Below are positions 1 through 12,150 of a DNA stretch of 64,000 nucleotides, piece after piece. Under the pieces are notes generated by a model that ran no database searches, was not told the origin of the DNA, and worked only from the letters and a program-made list of their open reading frames with translations. A program made the position numbers and the translations under genes. The stretch is from Tubulanus polymorphus (taxonomy: Eukaryota; Animalia; Nemertea): contig NC_134034.1 in assembly GCF_964204645.1 (NCBI RefSeq), forward strand, positions 2,232,072 to 2,296,071, given 5' to 3'. Position 1 is the stretch's first letter. Each line of letters begins with the position of its first letter.

Positions 1-13
1 TTCTCCGCTACAG

Positions 14-2146
14 ATGAAGATCAGTTCGTCTTCGAGTAATAAAACTTCGTCGATTTCCTCCTCATCGTCGGTTTCATCGTTGTCGTCGTCTCAAGGCGGC
101 GGCAGTGGCGGTGGATCATCGTCGCTTTCCTCCTCCTCTTCAGCGTCGCAGCCGCAGCAGACGGCCGGCGCCGGCTCGAAGGTCACGAAGAAATACTCGA
201 GTTCATCCGGCGTTGGCGGCACGACGGTCACCATGTCGAAGACCGACTCGAAATTGATGGCGAACAAAACGCCGACGATCAAATTGAAGCCGATCGTCAT
301 GCCGTCTTCCGGAGGGGCTGCCGCGTCCAGTAATACGAACACCGCCGCCGCTGTGACCGCACCGCCTGCCGTCGCCGCCGCGTCGTTGAAACCCACCCAA
401 ACATCTGCGTCGTCTGCCGTGACGTCATCTTCGGCGATCGTGCCGACGACGCCGCCTATAGTCCCGTCTGCACCCATCACGCCGACGGTTACGACACCGC
501 CACTAGGGGGCGCCGCCGCTTCCGCCGCGGCGTCCAAGTCGCCGATTAAAGCTCGTAAGAGCTCGTTATCGGCGGTTATCGATAAACTGACGATGGCTAA
601 AGGAGGATCGAGCGGAACAGGAGCCGCCACCGGTTCATCATCATCGTCTGCTCCTTCGAAATCGCCGTCTGCCGCAAAAACGACGCCGGAAATCACCGGA
701 TCGACATCGATCGTCGGCGAAAAGAAAGATTCGCTGATGGGCCCGCCGCCCTCGAAAACCACCGCCGAACCTCCGGCGAAAATTCTCAAACGCGAATCGT
801 CCCTCGAAGACAAGGTCAAGGACACCGCCGGTATTAGTAAGAGTACGTCCGACCCGATGAAAGATCGCGCGAAACCCGTAACTCAAATCGCGAAGAATTC
901 TGCCGTTGCGCCCGGCCCTAGTGCGTCGAGTTCGCTGAGCCGAAAGTCGTCGGACTCGCATCGCGGGACACCGTCGTTAGGGCCGGAGAAAGTGGCCGCC
1001 AAATCGAGCATCGGGGGCGCCACTGTCGCAAGTTCGAAATTCGAAGCGAAGCGTTCGTCGGATTCGTCACCGGCGATGGCTTCGATTTTGAAAACGTCGT
1101 CGACTTCGAAACCGGCATCGGGGGCTGATCAAAAGGGGGCGCCGTCATCGGTATCGTCTGCTACCGGTAGTAGCGGTGGTGGCAGTAACGCGGGCGCCGA
1201 ACGGAAATTCGATTCTCCCGACAGATCGCAGATGCTGAAAATTCGACAGAACGCGAAAAGCAGCCCTGTGCGCGGGGACATTCCCGAGAAGGATCTGGTA
1301 ATAAATAAAACGAGCGCCGGGTCACACGATCTAGTCGCGACTGGTTGTGCCACCGCAGCCGCAGCGACAACACCCGCGTCCCCGGAAGAGAAGTCGGCCG
1401 CGTCGCCGGACTGTTTCAAACCGATGATGTTGATCGACGATAAGGAGATACGATCACCAGACGATGTCGACTCGATGCGAAACGAACGCGCTCCGATCAT
1501 CATCCCGACCGTGAAAATCATCGACGAGACATCCACCGCGCCGCGGCTGATACCGACGTCGCCGATCGCCGCACCATTGCCGTCTGCGGCTGCCAGCACC
1601 ACCGCAGCAGCGGCGGGGGCGCCACCGGTCGAGACCGGAGCGTTCCGCGTTCCGACACCGGTCGATCAGATCGCTGAGCAGCCGTACGCCAACAAAAAGG
1701 ACGCGATTATCGATTTGAGCATCGCGTCGTCCGCGTCGGAAAAACAGGTCAGTCCGCGCAATATCAGCAGTCCCGAGGATGACGACGGATTGGTGATCGA
1801 TTGCCCGATGACGCCCAGATCGGCTGCGGGCGCCGCCGTGACCGGCTCTGCGGTCGGCGACGTTTCGAAATCGCCCGCGCTCGCGACCTCGATTATACCG
1901 ACGACGCCCGCCGCGGCGGTGGAGATATCGGCACCGAATCCGGAATCGCCCGCCGAGCGAGCCAACGCGAGCGAGCCGGCGCGGAAACCGGGCACGTCCG
2001 GACCGGGCACCGCCGGGGCGGTAGTGGCGGTCGCTGTGCCCGCGTCGCCGAAGCTTCTTCAGCCGGTGACCAGTCCGATTTCGAACCCGTCGCCGTGTGA
2101 GATCGATGACGATTTGATGAACGAAGCTTTGTTGGGAAACAACTGA
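14..2146 (+). CDS. MED1: Mediator subunit 1, large terminal coding exon (intrinsically disordered C-terminal region); 5' exons lie outside the window
   Basis: The ORF is preceded by an acceptor (ttctccgctacAG at 1-13), so the ATG at 14 is internal. Ser/Ala/Pro/Lys-rich. Contains ARKSSLSAVIDKL (cf. vertebrate MED1 KKPSLTAVIDKL) and ends SPCEIDDDLMNEALLGNN (cf. MED1 C-terminus EEDDDLMDVALIGN). AATAAA at 2335-2340. Confidence 0.88.
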   Translation: MKISSSSSNKTSSISSSSSVSSLSSSQGGGSGGGSSSLSSSSSASQPQQTAGAGSKVTKKYSSSSGVGGTTVTMSKTDSKLMANKTPTIKLKPIVMPSSGGAAASSNTNTAAAVTAPPAVAAASLKPTQTSASSAVTSSSAIVPTTPPIVPSAPITPTVTTPPLGGAAASAAASKSPIKARKSSLSAVIDKLTMAKGGSSGTGAATGSSSSSAPSKSPSAAKTTPEITGSTSIVGEKKDSLMGPPPSKTTAEPPAKILKRESSLEDKVKDTAGISKSTSDPMKDRAKPVTQIAKNSAVAPGPSASSSLSRKSSDSHRGTPSLGPEKVAAKSSIGGATVASSKFEAKRSSDSSPAMASILKTSSTSKPASGADQKGAPSSVSSATGSSGGGSNAGAERKFDSPDRSQMLKIRQNAKSSPVRGDIPEKDLVINKTSAGSHDLVATGCATAAAATTPASPEEKSAASPDCFKPMMLIDDKEIRSPDDVDSMRNERAPIIIPTVKIIDETSTAPRLIPTSPIAAPLPSAAASTTAAAAGAPPVETGAFRVPTPVDQIAEQPYANKKDAIIDLSIASSASEKQVSPRNISSPEDDDGLVIDCPMTPRSAAGAAVTGSAVGDVSKSPALATSIIPTTPAAAVEISAPNPESPAERANASEPARKPGTSGPGTAGAVVAVAVPASPKLLQPVTSPISNPSPCEIDDDLMNEALLGNN

Positions 2147-3878
2147 GTACAGTGACGAGACCTCTTGAGAACAAATCCCCGCGCCAGGTTCCTTAGTCGA
2201 GACTTAAGTCTAAAAATGGTCTTAAATCTTAAGACTAGTTATCCCCGACTAGGCCCAGGTTTATTGATATACATGTATTTGTCTATGTTGTAACCAAATT
2301 TCTGTAACTCGATCAGATCGTTGGATGTTTGTCAAATAAAACTGTTGTCGTCACATAGTTGTTAATGGAAGTCGCATTTCTGTGGGATATCTTGCAAGAG
2401 GGCGAGGAGCGGGATGAAATCCCATTCAATATATCAAAGATGGCACCCATCCATAAAAACATGCAGTACAGGCGAGAATTAGGTTAGTACATAGTCTCAA
2501 GAGACGAAGGACGGTCCACCAACCACCACCACAAAAAGATACCTAGCAGCGAATGCTAGTTTTCAGTTGGGCAACACCAGTCGTTGATACATACCCAGGA
2601 CCCAATTCCCCGGGCCAGTTCCAAAGAGTTAGAGTTGACTCCGAGTTTAAGTCAGTTCATTTTCGATGAGTTAACTCTGACTCAAATCTAACTCGGAACC
2701 TGTTGGCTAATGATGTTTTTCCAGACCTTCTATCACAAGCCTAGAATTTCGTCCCAAATACGACAATATCTTTACACTACTTTCATACCGGATATAACGA
2801 ACAGTTTTTCTAGTCCCCTGAAGTTCGTTGCAACGAAGTTCCACTGTATATAGCGTGGTTGGTAAAGCTTTACATTCTAAAACTACTAACTACTAATTTT
2901 AGATTTGAATCAATCAGGTGTTGTTTATATAAAGAAATGTTTTCAATCTGTTAAAAGGACGGCGCTTGTCCGATCCGATTCGATCGAACCGAAGACCAGT
3001 TATTCGAAGGCCTACCAGTTAGAACTGGAGTAGTTTGTATACAGCCATGGGTAAAGTACACAGCTGTGCGTATTCAAAACCTGTAGTCGGTTAAATATTA
3101 ATCTCATTTCGGCGAATTTAATTAAAGTTTAATTAGTCGTTGTACACGGGATAATTTCTACTGTTCTAGTTAATTAGGAATTTAATTGCTCCACGTTAAT
3201 TCATCGATTTTATACGACCGGGTGATGGTAGTCTGCTATAGTCACGTGTTTTCTAGTCGTATGATGCTCTGTACTGTAGCCGGAGCGGCCCCATCTATTA
3301 CACTTACTGTCCTGATGCGTGTATTTGCACGTTTGGTAAACTTTCGTAATAGCGATTCCTGTGAGTTTTAAACCAAAATATTGAATTTCAAAAATTAGAC
3401 GCAGGTTTTCGTTGTTAAAACCATGGTAAATGTAAACCTGATTGATAACTGATATTATAGTGACTAATAAAAAACTACGCAGTCCATCCAATGTTAAACG
3501 TAAATGTGCGTTCGTGAGATTCTTAATAAGTCGCTGATTTGTCTGTCCGTCTTGCTGTCTATCGTCAACTTCAGCTTTTTATTGGAAATTTAATCAAATC
3601 ATGAAATCAGGTTTAACAAAGGTGAACCCTGAAAAGGGCAGTGAATCGGTGAAGTTGTCTGTGTAAAGAGCGGGTTCGAGTCCTGCTTACAGTTTGCGGG
3701 CAAAATTTCTCTGGTCCCGTCGTGGGGCTAAAATTATGAACAATCCATAGGGTAAATCTTGCGAAACCAAGATTAGAACGGTGCAGCCAAACAAAATGTA
3801 CCTAACAGCTATAACGTATGAATAATTCTAGTTTAGGTGTTGCTTTATCCATCGAGGAGACGCTCTAAGGATTGGGTA

Positions 3879-4934
3879 TTAGGTTCGCCCTGTATTGGCC
3901 GTCCGCCGTCGAGATGTTATCGGCTTCGCTCTGGTGGTGAACTGGGAGACGAAATCCCGACGAAATTCCTTCGAGCTTAAACAATACAAGTAAAAATTCG
4001 CGGCCGAGTTTACGGCGTTGCAGGCTCTGGTAACCCAGGATATCGCGTTGAAGACAGTGGTGGATATTTTCTCTGCGGCTGTGACTCGTAGGCAGTTCGA
4101 CACGAGCAACGGGACATTTAGAACGATAAAAACCGTCGACACCACGGAAAGCATTACAGTTAAAGGAATATTGGTTTGACTGTTTTTAGAATTTGAAACC
4201 GAACCGGTCAGTTTCGTTCGCATTTTCGTGTAAACACCGAGTTTGATGGCTATACCGACGTTGCAAATACAAATAACCAAAAACGGCACCCAAAAACGGA
4301 ACAAAGATCGAATAACTCTTCTCGATAATAGGCGATTAAACATGTCACAGTCTCCAACCCCGTTACTGGACACGGAGAATACCGTATTCGAGGCGGTTTG
4401 ATAAATAAATATGATGTGCGCGGCGACGAGCGCGAACAGACAAATCGCCGCCTTCCGCACCGTACACAGCATCCGCGCCATCATCGGCACAAACACGACT
4501 AGCAGACGATCGCAACTGATGAATGTCAAGGCCATGTTCGATATCGACGGGCAAACGAAAATGAGGCTCATGTAAAAACTACAAAAACCCGTAGATAGAA
4601 CGGCGCGCGTGAACGCTATTCGCAGGAACAGGACCGGTACTGAGACCGACACGTTCAAACCGTCGAATACCGACAACGCGATCATGAATATTCCAGTTGA
4701 TGTCCGGTAATATCTGGACCTCGACACCAAGACGCGTAACGTCAACACGTTTCCTATTGTACCGAATAGAAACGTTGCTGGCAATACAAAATACGTCACA
4801 ATCCAAACTAGAATATTTATTAGACCACGCCCACTGTCGATATAAACCGATACTGTGACGTTATTGCGATACATTCTCACAGTGGTCGTCTGCTTTTGTC
4901 CTCTCTGTCTGTCTGTCAATATGTCTCCGATCAC
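3879..4934 (-). CDS. Intronless class A (rhodopsin-like) GPCR of the FMRFamide/peptide-receptor-like expanded type
   Basis: Seven hydrophobic segments with TM1 GTIGNVLTL, TM2 IALSVFD, TM3 FC...ISCDRLLVVFVP, TM5 WVPFLVICICN, TM6 VSTVFIVLNVP, TM7 NSAANFYLYCLSSKEFR (helix 8). The true start may be the downstream Met (MYRNNVT, with an N-glycosylation sequon). Confidence 0.88.
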   Translation of the reverse strand: MIGDILTDRQRGQKQTTTVRMYRNNVTVSVYIDSGRGLINILVWIVTYFVLPATFLFGTIGNVLTLRVLVSRSRYYRTSTGIFMIALSVFDGLNVSVSVPVLFLRIAFTRAVLSTGFCSFYMSLIFVCPSISNMALTFISCDRLLVVFVPMMARMLCTVRKAAICLFALVAAHIIFIYQTASNTVFSVSSNGVGDCDMFNRLLSRRVIRSLFRFWVPFLVICICNVGIAIKLGVYTKMRTKLTGSVSNSKNSQTNIPLTVMLSVVSTVFIVLNVPLLVSNCLRVTAAEKISTTVFNAISWVTRACNAVNSAANFYLYCLSSKEFRRDFVSQFTTRAKPITSRRRTANTGRT

Positions 4935-5896
4935 AATATCATCAGCGATCTCTTAAATTCATTTTTGTATCGCGCTAATCTAAGGTATGCCCTATAGCAA
5001 GCGTTTCGATTATTTAAATAGAAAAAAGGAAACGATTTAGAATTTGTAACCTTTTTGCGATGTTTTTCACGGTTAGCCGACGATGAATATTCATCCTGTT
5101 GTAAACAGCCTGACAAGCATTAAATGAAACATGAATATAAATTAACTAAAAGCACATAAAATAATAATAGGGGCACTAATGGAGGCACGCTACAAAGTTA
5201 CTCGGTTCGATATTAGTGTAGAAAGGTAAGTGGGTCCTATTACACAGTTCGAAACTCTTTTATCGGTTCGGAATGCGGAACCGCTCAAAACGGGACAAAT
5301 GGAATGAAAACGGATACCGTTATTAAAACTACATCGCTAATGGATTTCACGCCTCTACCGGTTTGATATCGGATTTTATCGGAATTACACTGTTTTATCG
5401 TTGACAAAGTTGCAATTTCTCCGTAAACCTTAAGCCCTGCACAGACGTCGTAACGAAAAATGGTTTCGGAAAAGCATGTTTGATCCCGTGTTTGCCCGTT
5501 TCCCTGCGTCGTTCGCGTTTCGGGCTTGAATGCCTGATATTACCGCTGTTTTTCATAGTGCTTCAGGCGTGGCGCGAGGCTTGCGTAGTAACGCACAGTA
5601 CGACTTTCACCACGCGATCCTGGAAGTGATTGCAACCACTGTGCTTTTCGATATTGTACGGCCTTAGTTTACAAGACTGTGGTTAAAATTTCGTAAATAG
5701 TCAACTAGTGGCCTAGCGCATTTAACACCGTCTGCCATCTACGTACTAGGTCCAAACTACAGGGATCGTTTCGCCGTTTCGGACATCTGGCCTAACTGAC
5801 AGATTATTGGTGAAAAACGATCAACTTCCGGAACTTGTTGAAATTGCAATAAACATTTCGCTATCAACACCCGCGCATCTAGACCGGTGTGTTACT

Positions 5897-7356
5897 ATGG
5901 AAACCAGTTTGAGTTTAGTTATTATCGTTACTATGGTGATATGTTGGTCAGCACTGATGACCGGTGGTCAAGCGACTGATTTATCGTTCCGTTTTCGCAG
6001 GTTGAGACCGGATGAAGACCCGGGTGTGAAATTCTCGTCTGCTCCGGTCAGATATTGGATGGATTGCGCAGTCACGTGTGGCGATGACTGGAACTGCGAT
6101 AGCTACAGATTTACTTCCGGTGTATGTGAACATTACCAGAATTCATCCCGTAAACTTCAAACACCGACTGCGGCAAGCGAGCGGAGCAGAATTTACGGCA
6201 AAGGTAATTTCTTAATTGTTCAATATCTCAAGGCGTATTTTTTCAATGTTCGATGTCTTCGGGGCAACAAAAATACTAATTAATTTACTCACAAAGCGCC
6301 ACCGACGATCTCTTATTTTGTTTTTAATCATGCATGCGTTTTTGAAAATTTTTTCAATTTTTTTCGCAGTTTATCGTGGATGTTATCGAGATAGTAGGAA
6401 CAGAGATTTATCTCATCGCATGGGGCTCTACAATCCGCAACATCCAGACCTATGTAGAAAACTATGCGCCCAGAACGGTACGTATTTGGACATTTACGTT
6501 TAGTCTATATTATGACTATCTATAGTATACAGGGCTCGGTTCCTCAGTTGTGAGGTAAAGTTAACTCAGAGTTAAAATTCGTTCATTTTGGGTTTACTTC
6601 GAGTCAAATCATAATTCACAAATGTGGAGCGTGGTCCTGGCCTGCAGGGACATGTAGCAGCAACCTTTGAGGTTATTTCTGATTAAATGTATGTCTTCAA
6701 TGCGTTCCTCTCAGCAAACCCTACGAATTTTTTAAATATACTTTATCTATTCCCCGATTTATCGGCGATAGTATGTTGGTGGTTGTGAAAGAGTTTCGGC
6801 AAAATCGGGGGTTAATTTTGACTAGTTCCAAGAGAACATGTAGGACCCAAACAATTGCGAGTAATACTTACTATAGTTCGTTCCCAATGCGTTGAAAAGA
6901 CTAAAAACCTCGTCACTCACAACACTGCAGATGCGAGTCCTGGTGTTCGATCCGTTCTCAGAAAAGTGTATACCAGAATCTGTATAGCGACTGACCAAGT
7001 GGACTAGTTCTATTGGTCTACTGATAAGCACACTTGCTTTCAATGTATGAGATCCGGGTTCGATCCCCAGTGAGTGCGGGTAATTCATCTTTCACTACTA
7101 ATTTCGAGGGTCCTGTTGCGTTAAGCTGGTGGCGGTTTAGCGCTGGTTGACTGGAGTTTTTACGATTGATTGTTATTTTGCTTCGTCTTCAGGTTACTAT
7201 TACGCGGGACTACAAGACGCGTGGGGATGTTACTGCGCTAATGTGTACGGCAATCAAGGGCGCCTCGCCGATTCCTTGTGTAACGTGCCGTGCCTGGGTA
7301 ACAAGCACATCATGTGCGGTGGTTTTTACCGAAATTCAATTTATACCGTGCTCTAA
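5897..7356 (+). CDS. Secreted PAN/apple + WSC domain protein, 3 exons, ~192 aa
   Basis: Exons 5897-6203, 6370-6477, 7193-7356 join in frame at GT/AG boundaries. Signal peptide METSLSLVIIVTMVICWSALMTGGQA. PAN-like DCAVTCGDDWNCDSYRFTSGVC. WSC consensus YRGCYRD..RDL....LCRKLCAQNGYYYAGLQDAWGCYC.....CNVPCLGN..IMCGG.YRNSIY. Confidence 0.85.
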
Positions 7357-7384
7357 TTGAGAAAACAGTATATCCACGAAATTT

Positions 7385-7713
7385 CATCTTCACTCGTCAA
7401 GGGATTCGAACCCACTAAGCTTAAGCCGTTCTCCGAACCCTTGACCTCACGATCTCAGGAATCGTTACTAGCCGACCAGAATCCGGTCGTACCAATCGCA
7501 GCGCTTGTAACAAACTACGTCACTACGTTACGTTACTGGTGGTTTTCCCGTTAAATGGACCAACCAATCAGCGAACGTTTGACCGAGTATTTCGCAAATC
7601 GATAGATGACGTCATGCGTAACAGTGCCATTAATGGAATCACGCGTCGTGAGTCCAGGGGGCTGGTGGAAGCGAGTTCGGGGAGCGATACCGGACCCCTG
7701 GCAAGCGAGGATG
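7385..7713. mobile_element. Non-autonomous TIR element (CATCYTCRCYYG-type termini) with an internal Pol III B-box; second copy at 16169-16494
   Basis: The left end CATCTTCACTCGTCAAGGG is an imperfect inverted repeat of the right end CCCCTGGCAAGCGAGGATG. The two copies are similar along their whole length. Confidence 0.65.
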
Positions 7714-9020
7714 CGAAATCTCTGTTAATCTTCGGCACTTTCCGGATTCGAAATGCAGGCCAGTCGGACGTACAGGATATATCGTCATTCAATTTAAAAC
7801 TGACTGAATCTAACAATGATAGAGAACAAGGGCGAAAAACCGATCAATGTTTGACTATTTAGATGTTTAGTTTTTGTCGATTTATTCTTTTTTTCTCATA
7901 TTGTAAGAAGAAAACTAAATCTATTGGCACCTTGAAAATAACACATCGTCGTCAACACATCGTTCTGTGCAGTGAATGATACAATATCAATAATATGTCG
8001 TTAAGGATCAATAAATTTATCTTGATATTGAATCATCGAAATTTGGAAATTGAATCGAAGAGCAACCAGTCTAGTCCCAATATTGGTGACGTAGTTCACA
8101 TGCACTCACACTGTGTCCCTTACATAACAAACAGAGTAGTTATCAATGTATATAAAAAGATGCCAATATGTCCCTAATGGTAGATTCTTAAATACCATCC
8201 TAAATACTGAAATCGGATGAATTTTTTTCTGTCGCTTGTGAAAAATATTCGCCTATACAATCAGGTAAAAGTATGGTGGCTGATTCGGTTCTCGTAAAAA
8301 AAAGAAATAATGACAAATTTTCAAGTCATCAAAACGTGGAATTGATATTGAGCAATTAATCAACCGAATTTATGAATTCAATTTTTCATGAATCGTTAAT
8401 GTACAGAATGAATTCAGATAGGAATTTACGTTTATTTCATTGTGTTACGCTGCACAGTCGGTATAAGCTTACAATTTTCCCCCACAGGAAAAGTTGTGTT
8501 GAACAACGCGCGGGCGTGAGAGGTTTGCAGAACGCACATTTGCAAAGTCCACCGCACACCACGTGGGGAAACACGTAATCAAACATGTTCGATCTCGCAA
8601 AACATGTAAAACGCACACGGAACAGCGAAACGCGCCGACACGTGTTTCTGTTTCCTGTTTCAGTGTGCGTCTTGCTTTAAATTATCAGAGCGGTTTGCAG
8701 GCGCCATCAATGCGCAGTCTTAAACCAGCCACTGATTCGACATTGTCGTATAATTCAAGAAGCCCGGCCGGCGCGGTTCACGAAGTTTAGGCTGCAAAAC
8801 TAGAAGAACGCCTGATAATAACGTATCGGATATCTGACGGGGATTATGGTTCATGCTATACAGATTTGTAATTGATTGAAATTCATTTTGAAACGAAAAA
8901 GACCTAAAACGGCGTATTATTGTATTATGAACACGTTTTATCTGTTTCATATCTCATTTCAAGAACAGGCTGCGGGATGGAGGGATGTGTTGAAACGAGG
9001 TGCCGTAATATCTATCAACG

Positions 9021-9480
9021 ATACGATTACGATTACGATTACGATTTATTTACACTCCAACCATTTCCATGGTATATGGAGGAAAACTATTACACATGTA
9101 TATACAAATATTTACAAAACAACACTAAAGTGATTAAAATTTAGAGAACGACGATTACGATTACGATTACGATTACGATTACGATTTTATTTACACTCCA
9201 ACCATTTCCATGGTATATGGAGGAAAACTATTACACGTGTATATACAAATATTTACAAAACAACACTGAAGTGATTATTAAAATTTAGAGAATGAAAACG
9301 TAACGAAATATATATCAACTATTTACAATACTATATATACTATTGGAGGGATCTATATACATCTAAGCCGGTCTTAATGAATTTAGCTAAGTTGACCGTT
9401 GGGTTTTTCAGAATATCAAGGGTATTAAAGGTATTCAAATTCAAAAAGTTTTTGCGTTGTTCGTTAGGTAAGGACAGTCA
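9021..9480 (-). mobile_element. 5'-truncated LINE 3' end (CR1/L2-like) with duplicated tail; a further tail copy at ~22586-22720
   Basis: The minus strand reads, with one frameshift, DCPY/NEQRKNFLNLNTFNTLDILKNPTVNLAKFIKTGLDVYRSLQ*, a typical non-LTR ORF2 C-terminus. It is followed by a 3'UTR, AATAAA and an (ATCGTA)n tail; the tail block is present twice in tandem. Confidence 0.6.
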
Positions 9481-9504
9481 AACAGAAAATAAGCATCGCT
9501 GTGC

Positions 9505-9572
9505 AACGCCATCTACTGTCAAAATTGAACGCCATCTACTGTCAAAATTGAACGCCATCTACTGTCAAAATT
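9505..9572. repeat. 23-bp tandem repeat x3 (AACGCCATCTACTGTCAAAATTG)
   Basis: Read directly. Confidence 0.9.
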
Positions 9573-10243
9573 GCATATATGAATGTTCTGTGCAAAAGAT
9601 TTTTTTTTGTGGAACGATGAAAATAAAATGAAATGAAATTTGGTTGATGATCTGTCTGTTTACATCGATGAACGTGATTATTGCGACGCTAGAATGGTTA
9701 AATGCACTATAGTGTCTGTTTGAATGTAAAAAACTCACATCCACATAGACCCTGCTTTACTAACGCTATTCGTTGATTTTCACATGGGTTTTAGAGTGAT
9801 ATCGGCCGCCGCCGACCGTGACGACTTTAACGCCGTAAAAATCATCACGGTATTAACGCTATTATTATACCTTCTACGGTATATGGCTCGGTAGAATTTT
9901 TAAAATGAGGTCGCGTTTGCAGGAAAAAACATTACACCGCTGATACCCGAAGGACAGCAATTTCACGTTGATCTGAATTCATGTGTCACTTTTTCATTGC
10001 ATTGTTATGATTTTCGAAAATATGTGCGTGCGTCCTATGCGTGTGCTTGTTCAAGTGTGAACGGTTGATGAAAGGTTGTGTACATGCGACAGTAAGTAGA
10101 TATAGAAAGGACCTCCCAGTTTGTAACTTCTCCCATCCATTTTAATTACATTATCTTTATGCAATTTTTCTAATGTAATTCAATCCGTAAATAAAGAATG
10201 ATCGATAAGTAATAGAAAAAAGTGAAACGAAAAGTAGAATATG

Positions 10244-10856
10244 ATCTTCCCTCGGCAGGGATTCGAACCTGATGGTATCGCTACACTCAGCCACGGAACG
10301 AACCCTTGCCACACTAGACCGGCCGGGCCACCTCCGGTTATCTGAGTTACTCGACTATAGTCGAACTAAACGAAACCGAATGTCCGTTAGTCGGAACTAT
10401 ATTCCGGAAATAGTTCGCAAAGTCGGAACTATATTCCGGAAATAGTTCGCAAATCAAGCGCGTTCGGTTATTACTTCCGACCACTAGTCGACTAGATACG
10501 AAAACCGAATTTGGCCCTGGCTAAACGTACAGAATCGGTCACTAAGATGGCGGTTCAACGAATGCAAATGTCTCAAATGTTATCAATAATTCGGGTGCGC
10601 AGGTAGATATGTAGCTTTGCCGCGCGAAAAATTGCAGCACCAATCAGATTGCTCGTTGTATAATCGCTGAGGTAAATTTCACGGAAGAACTAATAATGGG
10701 AAAACCCGGGCTGAAATAAAACGGGATATCTGATTGGCTGATAATGACATCATCTAAGCTGCGCGTGTAGCAGCGCACTCGGTCCAGTGTGGCAGGGTTT
10801 CGTACACAGTGGCGATCTCGATGCCATCAGGTTCGAATCCCTGCCGGGGGAGGATG
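10244..10856. mobile_element. Long-TIR non-autonomous element (CATCCTCCC family), copy 1, with extra internal sequence
   Basis: Arms of ~90-100 bp are inverted repeats (GGCAGGGATTCGAACCTGATGG... / ...CCATCAGGTTCGAATCCCTGCC). The core is shared with copies at 27651-27988 and 45163-45501. The extra segment at ~10330-10590 contains a 32-bp direct duplication. Confidence 0.8.
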
Positions 10857-12106
10857 TAGAAATATAATATGCTATTACTTTATTTATTCTTGTAATATAC
10901 AATTGTGATTCAGAAATAAAGACGACGAAATCAAATGAAATGCGTACGATATTGTAAGGATTACTTTCGTTGGAATGATGACCGCCAATAAGATGCGCTA
11001 GAAAACAATCGCGACGTTCTAGTCGTGATATTAGATTGGAACGTGTAATGGTCGGCGAATTTCTGCCCTGATTATTGAACTCGTAGTTTTGTTAGCCCCT
11101 CCATATCGGGCCAGTTTTCCACATCGCGATGCTGTCTCGTACGAATCCATATCACGGAAAAGCCATCCTCCATTGAAGGACGTGCGTTATTGCGACCACC
11201 CTCGGGTTGGAGCATATTATACCGGCGAATCACTCCCGGCCTTATTCAGCGGCACCGTCTGGTGGGCTCGAAGAAGAATTCTCCCGCTAGGGGACCGTAA
11301 AGTGCTGCCACCAAGTTTGAACGTGACATTTACATGTTTTTTTCTTTCAATTTGTATCCATCTGTCCGTCGTAGAAGGGGAACTGATTATCCGTCTGTCC
11401 TACGATAGAACCAAATAATAACCAAAACACAATTGTTCCAAATACAATATGCTTTCAAAGCACACGCTCAATCCTCTCCAAGAGCTCCGTCTAGCGGGAC
11501 AAATTCAATTCAAATTCAGTTCAATTCAATACAGTTAATACTTCATTGCTTTCTTAAACATTACATCAGTTTTTGCACTCCTCGTGGCGGATATTTTATC
11601 CGAATATAATAAACCCGGAACAAAAACCTTTGAACCGTTTGATCTTTGTTGAGGCATTAGATTTCTTAATGCCAGTAGTCTACCTACCCACCTGCTGCCA
11701 GCGAGAGATTTTTACTACCTCAGATTCTCTGGGCGTGTTGTTAACGGGATTCATAACAGCTGACTTAAAAAGCAAAACTCATTCGTAATATACATAGCAC
11801 GATGATTAACTGATAATTTGCAGCTTGCAAGATTTTCGAAACAAAAATTATCGACGCTTGTCGTCAGACATTTATACAATTCTGCTGAGTATTTTCACGT
11901 ACTGACAACTTATGAAACGTGTTCAGGATAATATTGTTTCGTTTAGATTATTTCAATGACGGCTTGGCTTGATGAGGGAGTACGGCCAAGGGACACATGG
12001 AATTCAAAATTTTACTTTTAGTCATTTAGCTATCTATCGTCTTCGATGTACTGGTACGAACGTTTGCCAAATTCGGTGTCTAACATGATGTTCATTTATT
12101 GTTCGT

Positions 12107-12107
<1 letters not shown>

Positions 12108-12138
<31 letters not shown>

Positions 12139-12150
12139 GATCATCATCAT
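12108..12150. repeat. (CAT)n microsatellite
   Basis: Read directly. Confidence 0.95.

Noticed and set aside
91-2174. Several overlapping ORFs within MED1, and likewise 30529-32689 within the cyclase tail exon
   Set aside because: Shadow ORFs of GC-rich coding exons with no independent motifs.
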